A DNA stretch of 64,000 nucleotides. Source: Candidatus Hydrogenedentota bacterium. GTDB taxonomy: Bacteria > Hydrogenedentota > Hydrogenedentia > Hydrogenedentales > JAEUWI01. The stretch lies in the NCBI GenBank assembly GCA_016791475.1, contig JAEUWI010000018.1, positions 49,275-113,274 on the forward strand, read 5' to 3'. A program made the translations under genes and the position numbers. The notes under the pieces are model-generated. The model made no database searches, was not told where the DNA came from, and saw nothing but the letters and a program-made list of their open reading frames with translations. This document shows, one piece after another, positions 58,360 to 64,000 of the stretch; position 1 is the first letter of the stretch, and every line of letters begins with the position of its first letter.

Positions 58360-58725
58360 CCCGCTCTTTTCCATTGTTCCATTTCAGCGCATTGTTATCA
58401 GTATTTTTATCTTGCGCATAGCCATCTTTTCTGATAGTCTGAAATCGCAGCACGTATGATGGTAACCTCAGCGTGCTGGGTAGGGCCGCCGCGCGGTGTA
58501 TTCACCCACGGCGGCTGAGCTTTTTCAGGGGGATCAATCTGGCCCTCGCCGACTTTCTCCCCGAAACTCGGTTCGACCTTTGCAGGTCCTACTGGCATCA
58601 AGGCAACTCGGGCATGCCGGGTAGCCCCTCGAATAAACGGGTACGGTCGACCCTGCGACGTCCCCATGGGGCACCTGCCTGGCATGGACCAAACCCCAAC
58701 GTATTATCGAGAGGAAAGAGGAATC

Positions 58726-59265
58726 ATGAAGTCTTCGTACACCCACATCGCCGTGGCGGTCGTGATGGCCGCCGGAGCCGTCTTTGCGGGCGGCGCACTG
58801 GTCAGCGCCCAGAATTCCGTAGACACGGAGCTGACTACCGCAATCACGAAGCTGAATCCGGAGCAGAAAGCGGCGCTCCTGGTGCTGGTCAACAGTATCG
58901 TTCAAGCCGCGACCCCACAGGAGTCCCCGGAAGAAGGGGCGATGAAGACGGTCAAGGCCTATGTGAAGGCCGCCGAAGACGCGGATGTGGAAGGCCTGAT
59001 GGCCCAGATTTCCGATAACTTCAACCACTATGAAGTCGGCGACAAAGCGGCGCTGCGGGGCTTCGTGGACCAGGTAAAGACCGAAGGGATGCTGGAAGAC
59101 ATCACGGGCAACACCGAAGAAGCCACGACCAAAGTCGAAGGGGATATCGTTACCGTGTATCCCGTGGAGCTTGAGGGCATATTCGGCACGGTTACCTATG
59201 AATTCAAGCTGAAGAAAGAGGGCGACACCTGGAAAATTGTCGGTTTTGACATGACCGGGGTCTGA
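58726..59265 (+). CDS. Secreted hypothetical protein (about 180 aa)
   Basis: GAGG Shine-Dalgarno. Signal peptide (MKSSYTHIAVAVVMAAGAVFAGGALVSAQ). Confidence 0.55.
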   Translation: MKSSYTHIAVAVVMAAGAVFAGGALVSAQNSVDTELTTAITKLNPEQKAALLVLVNSIVQAATPQESPEEGAMKTVKAYVKAAEDADVEGLMAQISDNFNHYEVGDKAALRGFVDQVKTEGMLEDITGNTEEATTKVEGDIVTVYPVELEGIFGTVTYEFKLKKEGDTWKIVGFDMTGV

Positions 59266-59352
59266 CCCGACATCGGGGTTTATCGCCGGAGGGTGGCGCG
59301 CCGCCCTCCGGCGTTTTCACAGTCGCCCGGCGGGAGAGGAGACAGTGGGCGC

Positions 59353-59916
59353 TCATTGATCGAGCGCCTCCATTGCGACGCGATGGCCGTCGCTGCCCTC
59401 GGGGAAGACTTCAAGCATGTGGCGATAGAGCTGGCGGAGATCCTGGTGCCTTTCAAGCGCCTCATAACATGAAATCAGCTCGCGGTAGGCGCCAAGTATC
59501 CCCTCCCAGTCGGGATAGCGCTCGATCAGGATCTCATAGTAGCCTGCGGCTGCCCGATAGTCGCCCTTTTTCTGCCGGAGTAGATTGCCCAGCGCGCTGA
59601 GCCGCGCCGCGGCCTCGTCGGGCTCCAGTTCCTTATCGAGTTGGACCAGATGGTCGGCAATAACGGGATCGGCGTCCGGGGCGGGCGCGGCGACCCCAGG
59701 CCCGCGTTTCGCGGCCAGTGCGGCGTCGAGGGCGCTGCGGAGCGCGCGCTGATCACGTTCCTTCTGATCCGTAGCCGCTTCCCCCGCGTCGGTGGGGGTA
59801 ATCGCGCTGGAAAGCTCGCCGCGCGGCCCCAGGACCAGGGCGATGATGATTGCGAGGGCCAACAGCGCTATCGCGCCGTTCCACGGGTTCCAGGCCCCCG
59901 CGAGCGTCCATTTCAC
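59353..59916 (-). CDS. Membrane-anchored TPR-like protein, last gene of the pseudopilin operon
   Basis: N-terminal TM helix. Helical repeat C-terminus. Its start overlaps the stop of the upstream gene by 4 nt. Confidence 0.55.
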   Translation of the reverse strand: MKWTLAGAWNPWNGAIALLALAIIIALVLGPRGELSSAITPTDAGEAATDQKERDQRALRSALDAALAAKRGPGVAAPAPDADPVIADHLVQLDKELEPDEAAARLSALGNLLRQKKGDYRAAAGYYEILIERYPDWEGILGAYRELISCYEALERHQDLRQLYRHMLEVFPEGSDGHRVAMEALDQ

Positions 59917-61655
59917 AAGTCGCGCTCCCGCCAGGAGATCTGCTTGAGCGCGGTGACCGGAACGTCGCCGACCATGCCTTCGGGGAGGTTGTCTCCGAGC
60001 GTCGGAACCTGAAAAACGTCGGGAGCCGTGAGACCCAGATTGAACTGATTGGACACCAGCGTGCCCGCAACCTGGGCCTGCTTCAGGGAAACGACCTGCT
60101 TTTCGGCATAGAATGCGCCCATCAGCTTAAGTTTTGAATTAAAGACGAGATCGAGCAGCGACGAACCGATGGTGATGTTCTCCGTCGCCATGATGCCTAG
60201 AACATTCTTCACGGGAAAGCTCATGACGCTATCTGCGGGATTGCCCTTGTTGCAGGTCAACAGGTTCGCGTCGAGGCGCACGTTTCCGTCGACCAGGATC
60301 GCGCCCCGGCCCGTGTAGTTGATGGTTTTCTCGTTGCCCCGGCCGGTGATCGTCAGGTTGCCGTCGATGGCGATCTGACCGTTGATATCCAGCACGTCGC
60401 GCGTCTTGTCGAAGAGGATGTAGTCATCCGTCTTGGGTGGCGCGACCGTAGGCAAAGAACCCTGGCGCTGTTCGCCCGTGGTGGCGTTCCAGTAGAAATG
60501 ATCGCCGCGCGCATCGATGGTGACGTTGCCCGTGTACTGGCCGTCGTCGGGATCGTCCGCCGCCCCCACAAGGACCTCTCGGAAATACTCACCGTGGGTG
60601 TAGGGCGCGCCGGTGTCGGGGTTTTGCTGGGGCTCGCCCCCAATCGGATTGCGCCAGGCCCCGCCCAACAGGGGGAAGACGACGCGGTCGGCCAGATCAT
60701 ACAGCGCGTCCCAGCCGTTGTCGCTGAACACATTCTGCGGATCGCCGCGATCACCGTCGGGCGTTACCGCGTCGCCGATCCAGCCCCCGGTCACGAAGAC
60801 GCCGTCGAGGGTTTCCTTGACGCCGTTGCCGAAGGCCTGGGCATCGCCGAGCGTCGAACCACCCGCCAGCCCAATGACGCCGTTGCGCGCGCGGAACTCC
60901 GCACCCAGCGTCTCCACGGTTTCTCCCGCCACGACGGTCTCGGGCAGATTGGGAATCCGATTGCGCAATTCGTTTGGAATTCCCTGATAATAATTCCGGA
61001 CCTGGTTTCCGCCGCCCAGTCCGAGGGAGGAGGTCAGGCCGAGCACGCCGCCGAGCAGATTGTCGCCCAGCAGGTGAACCGAGCCCCGGGCGTTAATGCT
61101 GCCGTTGATTAGCCCGCCCAACACGCCGGGGCCGGCGAATACGGCGTTTTCCCAGACCCCCACTTTCTTCGCCTGGCACACGACCTCCAGTTCGCGCGTG
61201 ACGGCGCCGTTGCGCCCGATCGCGTAGACCGTGTACATCCGGGTCTCCGACGGATCGTCCACGGAACCATCGCCGTTGTTGTCGCGCTCGTCCGCCGCCC
61301 AATCCACGGAGTACGCGGCATACTCCACGTCTTCCTTGGAGGGCATGGTCCGGGGCGTAACCCCGTCGGCGTCCAGGTCGGGCATGAGGAAATTGTTGTC
61401 GTCGTCCCATTGGGGCTTCCACCCGTCCATCCCGATGATGCCATCGCCACCGGACTCCAACTCCACCCAGGCCGCGGCCAGCGCCGCGTCGGCTCCCAGT
61501 TGGGCCGCGCTCACGTCGCCATATTGCTCGACAACTTTTCGCTGCTGCATGGCCCGCGACGCGAGGAGCCCCGTGACCAGGAGCGCGATACCGATAAAAA
61601 ACAACGCCATGAGGAGCGCCATCCCGCGCTCCCTCTTGTTTGTTGGATCCGCCAT
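59913..61655 (-). CDS. GspK-like minor pseudopilin with a large beta-helix-like C-terminal domain
   Basis: N-terminus KRERGMALLMALFFIGIALLVTGLL (GspK-type: RG then a hydrophobic helix, lacking the conserved Glu+5). The C-terminal region is rich in G-N/T-x-T repeats. Confidence 0.65.
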   Translation of the reverse strand: MADPTNKRERGMALLMALFFIGIALLVTGLLASRAMQQRKVVEQYGDVSAAQLGADAALAAAWVELESGGDGIIGMDGWKPQWDDDNNFLMPDLDADGVTPRTMPSKEDVEYAAYSVDWAADERDNNGDGSVDDPSETRMYTVYAIGRNGAVTRELEVVCQAKKVGVWENAVFAGPGVLGGLINGSINARGSVHLLGDNLLGGVLGLTSSLGLGGGNQVRNYYQGIPNELRNRIPNLPETVVAGETVETLGAEFRARNGVIGLAGGSTLGDAQAFGNGVKETLDGVFVTGGWIGDAVTPDGDRGDPQNVFSDNGWDALYDLADRVVFPLLGGAWRNPIGGEPQQNPDTGAPYTHGEYFREVLVGAADDPDDGQYTGNVTIDARGDHFYWNATTGEQRQGSLPTVAPPKTDDYILFDKTRDVLDINGQIAIDGNLTITGRGNEKTINYTGRGAILVDGNVRLDANLLTCNKGNPADSVMSFPVKNVLGIMATENITIGSSLLDLVFNSKLKLMGAFYAEKQVVSLKQAQVAGTLVSNQFNLGLTAPDVFQVPTLGDNLPEGMVGDVPVTALKQISWRERDL

Positions 61656-61657
61656 GC

Positions 61658-62284
61658 TCAGTTCCTCGGTGCGATGAGTTGGTTGAATTCCTGAAGAATC
61701 TCGTGGCCCCGGCGGGAGGTGCTCAGGGTCCGGATGGTCACCCGGATGCCGCCTTCTTCCTCCGCGACCCAGAATCCCGCCGTGTTTTCGGCGGACTGTG
61801 CCGTCCCTTTTGCCGATGCCGGAGAGGGTGTTGGTCCCGGGGCCGGTGAGAGGCCGTTGGCCAGTACGCGAATCGACTCGCCGCTGATCATGATCAACTG
61901 GGACTGGGACATCCCGTCCTTGTTCTGATCGTGCTTATCGCGCCGGATCTCTACTTCAGGGCCGAGCTCCAGGGCATTCGCGCCGTTCACCGCGAGGCCA
62001 TTGCCGTCGAGATCCTCCGGCATGCGAAAAGTCAGTATGTCCGTCGGCATCTGCTCCAGATTGATGGTTTCCCGGACGGCCTGGCGGAGGCGGGGCGCGA
62101 CGGCGAGGAGGCCCCGACGCGCCTCATCGTTTCCCCTGATTTTCAGGTCCTGGATGGCCGCCGTATCGCCAATGCCCAGGGATAGGGAGAAAAGCACCCC
62201 CATGAGCACCACAAGAATCGCCACGGCGACCGTGAGTTCGACCAGAGTGAAGCCATTTTCGCGGTCGATGTTGCTGGCCGCCAT
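61658..62284 (-). CDS. Type II secretion / type IV pilus-like pseudopilin (prepilin-type N-terminus)
   Basis: MAASNIDRENG|FTLVELTVAVAILVVL, a class III signal with Glu+5. Confidence 0.75.
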   Translation of the reverse strand: MAASNIDRENGFTLVELTVAVAILVVLMGVLFSLSLGIGDTAAIQDLKIRGNDEARRGLLAVAPRLRQAVRETINLEQMPTDILTFRMPEDLDGNGLAVNGANALELGPEVEIRRDKHDQNKDGMSQSQLIMISGESIRVLANGLSPAPGPTPSPASAKGTAQSAENTAGFWVAEEEGGIRVTIRTLSTSRRGHEILQEFNQLIAPRN

Positions 62285-62285
62285 A

Positions 62286-62744
62286 TCAGTGGGGCACCAG
62301 GGTCGTGGCGGTTGACTGAAATACGTGACCGTTTGGCGCGCTCCACAGCAATACCGCCTGCACTTCCAGGGGGTTGGGAAGGTCGGGTAATTCTGCGGCT
62401 TCGCCGTCTTCTTGCGGCAGCGGGAGGTTTACCGGGGCGCCCTCGCGATCAAAGCACACGAGCGATATGGCCCGTTTCACGCCCGGCCGCGCCGGGCTGG
62501 GTGGCTGATAGACCAGCAAAGTTTCCAAAGGCATGCGACCGACCTTTTCCATGACGCTGGAAAGCTCCGTGTCCGCAAGGGCCCGATCCTCGTTGATTCG
62601 CGCAACGAGGGTGATGCTGATGAGGGACCCGAACAGGAGTGAAAGGGCCATGGCGAGAATGCCGGATGCGAAGGTGACTTCCAGGAGGGTCATCCCGTCG
62701 TCTGGTCGCAGGAGCGCGCGAAAATGTTGAAAGACACACTTCAT
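62286..62744 (-). CDS. Pseudopilin-like protein (GspI/J-like)
   Basis: ..RPDDG|MTLLEVTFASGILAMALSLLF prepilin-type leader. The ATG is at 62744; an alternative TTG lies at 62762. Confidence 0.6.
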   Translation of the reverse strand: MKCVFQHFRALLRPDDGMTLLEVTFASGILAMALSLLFGSLISITLVARINEDRALADTELSSVMEKVGRMPLETLLVYQPPSPARPGVKRAISLVCFDREGAPVNLPLPQEDGEAAELPDLPNPLEVQAVLLWSAPNGHVFQSTATTLVPH

Positions 62745-62980
62745 CTGCCCAATTCCTGTCAAGATCGTTCACTGTTGCCATTGCTATCGTACCACGCATT
62801 CGTAGAAACACCAAAGGCACCCGCAATATTCTCTATTTAGGCAAGAATTTTCTACAGTAATACGAGCGGACAAAAATGACCCAAATGTGACTGAAAGCAG
62901 AAGGGCTCCGGGAGGGCCGGAGCCGGAGGGTGAACGTTCTGATCCGAGACGGACCGCACGCCTCAAATGTAAACTTTACC

Positions 62981-64000
62981 TTACAGGTAGCCCAGGCCTT
63001 CGAGGCGCGCCCGCAATTCCTCTTCCTCGTCGTCGGTCAGACCGCCGCCCGTCGTGCTGCTGGAGCCGGTGGTGTCCAGCAGGGTAATGGGATTTGCCGT
63101 GAGCACGGCGGGATCGATGATTTCCTCGATCACGCGCCCGTCCATGTCGTCGGGAACGGGCAGACCGAGCAGATACAGGATCGTGGGGGCCATATCGATC
63201 AGACAGGCGTGGGTCTCGCCGCCGGGGCGGGCGCCGTTGCCGTTGGCCATGACGATACCCTCCATGAGGTGGTTGCCATAGAGGGTATTGTTCGGATAAA
63301 CCGGCTCTTTAGACTGGAACCCGAAGAAACACACGGGCATGTGCTTCTTCTCCAGCGGAAGGGGCATGATGTCGGGACCCCAGGGGGTATAGGGGCCTTT
63401 GTACATGTCTTTTTTCAGGTGGATCGGATGGGCCACACACTCGCCGGTCACGGGATTCTTCAAGTGCTCCAGACGCGCCACAATGGCGTCGCGCACGGTT
63501 TCATATTCCGATTCCGGCACGGAGCCGTGGGGGCGGATGCCCTCCGAGTTAATGAAAATGCCGCTCCAACCAAAGGGCGCATAGGCCCGGGTCTTCGCCC
63601 AGTCGACATCGCGGTTCAAGTCGAGCATGCCGGGGATGCGCAGGGAGCCGGAAGACTTCTGTAGCGTGGCTTCGGGGGCGGTGGCCTTGAGCTTCATGGC
63701 GAATTTCAGGAAGGGGTAGACCAGGCGGGTGGCGTTCTGCGGCGTGACGCCCAGATCCCACAGCAGCTTCTTGAAGCGGACCTTCGGCGTGTTTTTCAGC
63801 ACGATAAAGCCTTCTTTAAGCAGCCAACTGTTCAGATCGATGAAATAGTGGGTAGGACCGAATCCGTGATCGGAAATGACGAAGGTGAGGCCGTCCTCCC
63901 CCACTTTTTCGGCCAGACGGCCAATGTAGGTATCGCAGAGGGTGTAGTACGCATCAATCCGGGGGCCGAATTTGGCCGCCATGGCCGCGTCGTATTTCGG
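62981..64000 (-). CDS. Alkaline-phosphatase-superfamily enzyme (nucleotide pyrophosphatase/phosphodiesterase-like); the 5' end runs off the window
   Basis: FVISDHGFGP metal-ligand motif. The ORF is open to the window edge. Confidence 0.7.
   Translation of the reverse strand, partial: PKYDAAMAAKFGPRIDAYYTLCDTYIGRLAEKVGEDGLTFVISDHGFGPTHYFIDLNSWLLKEGFIVLKNTPKVRFKKLLWDLGVTPQNATRLVYPFLKFAMKLKATAPEATLQKSSGSLRIPGMLDLNRDVDWAKTRAYAPFGWSGIFINSEGIRPHGSVPESEYETVRDAIVARLEHLKNPVTGECVAHPIHLKKDMYKGPYTPWGPDIMPLPLEKKHMPVCFFGFQSKEPVYPNNTLYGNHLMEGIVMANGNGARPGGETHACLIDMAPTILYLLGLPVPDDMDGRVIEEIIDPAVLTANPITLLDTTGSSSTTGGGLTDDEEEELRARLEGLGYL

Overview
This is a high-GC (about 60-65% by eye) bacterial chromosomal segment, mostly coding, with genes on both strands. 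The gene content suggests a Planctomycetota-like genome, which is an inference from three features. First, there are three paralogs of the prepilin-leader H-X9-DG protein family (DUF1559-type). Second, there is a giant 1805-aa secreted protein with thrombospondin-type-3 and dockerin-like repeats. Third, there are many signal-peptide, beta-propeller and lipoprotein genes. Recognisable housekeeping genes are ClpB, an M48 peptidase, a sulfate-assimilation group (cobA-hemD fusion for siroheme, cysI/sir, APS/PAPS reductase cysH), pdxH, slyD, a TetR regulator, a Cache/HAMP sensor kinase, a REC-GGDEF regulator, an aldose-1-epimerase-like gene, a sugar-phosphate isomerase and a four-gene minor-pseudopilin operon. 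I found no rRNA, tRNA, CRISPR array, transposase or integrase. The most unusual item is a low-GC island at about 5.9-9.9 kb. It lies between the M48 peptidase gene and clpB and carries a single 1040-aa ORF that fuses an N-terminal HD phosphohydrolase motif to an Hsp90/HtpG-like GHKL ATPase, followed by a roughly 500-aa uncharacterised C-terminal region. This looks like a horizontally acquired single-gene module, possibly defence or stress related. Other notable items are listed here. (a) Four consecutive genes at 25.7-29.0 kb: a small membrane protein, two canonical TPM-domain proteins and one divergent TPM-like protein; the first three end in the identical C-terminal tail GGGATGSW. (b) Two loci of a GATC-containing 9-bp tandem repeat. 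One has about 19 copies, sits exactly at the stop codon of a gene and could encode an in-frame Ser-Asp repeat micro-ORF. (c) A 240-bp quasi-palindromic multi-hairpin element between cysI and cysH. (d) A small family of hairpin repeats flanking a TolB-like gene, plus a recurring ACACGAAT motif in several promoter regions. All coordinates were read by eye from the printed sequence. Domain calls are motif-level recognitions, not database searches.
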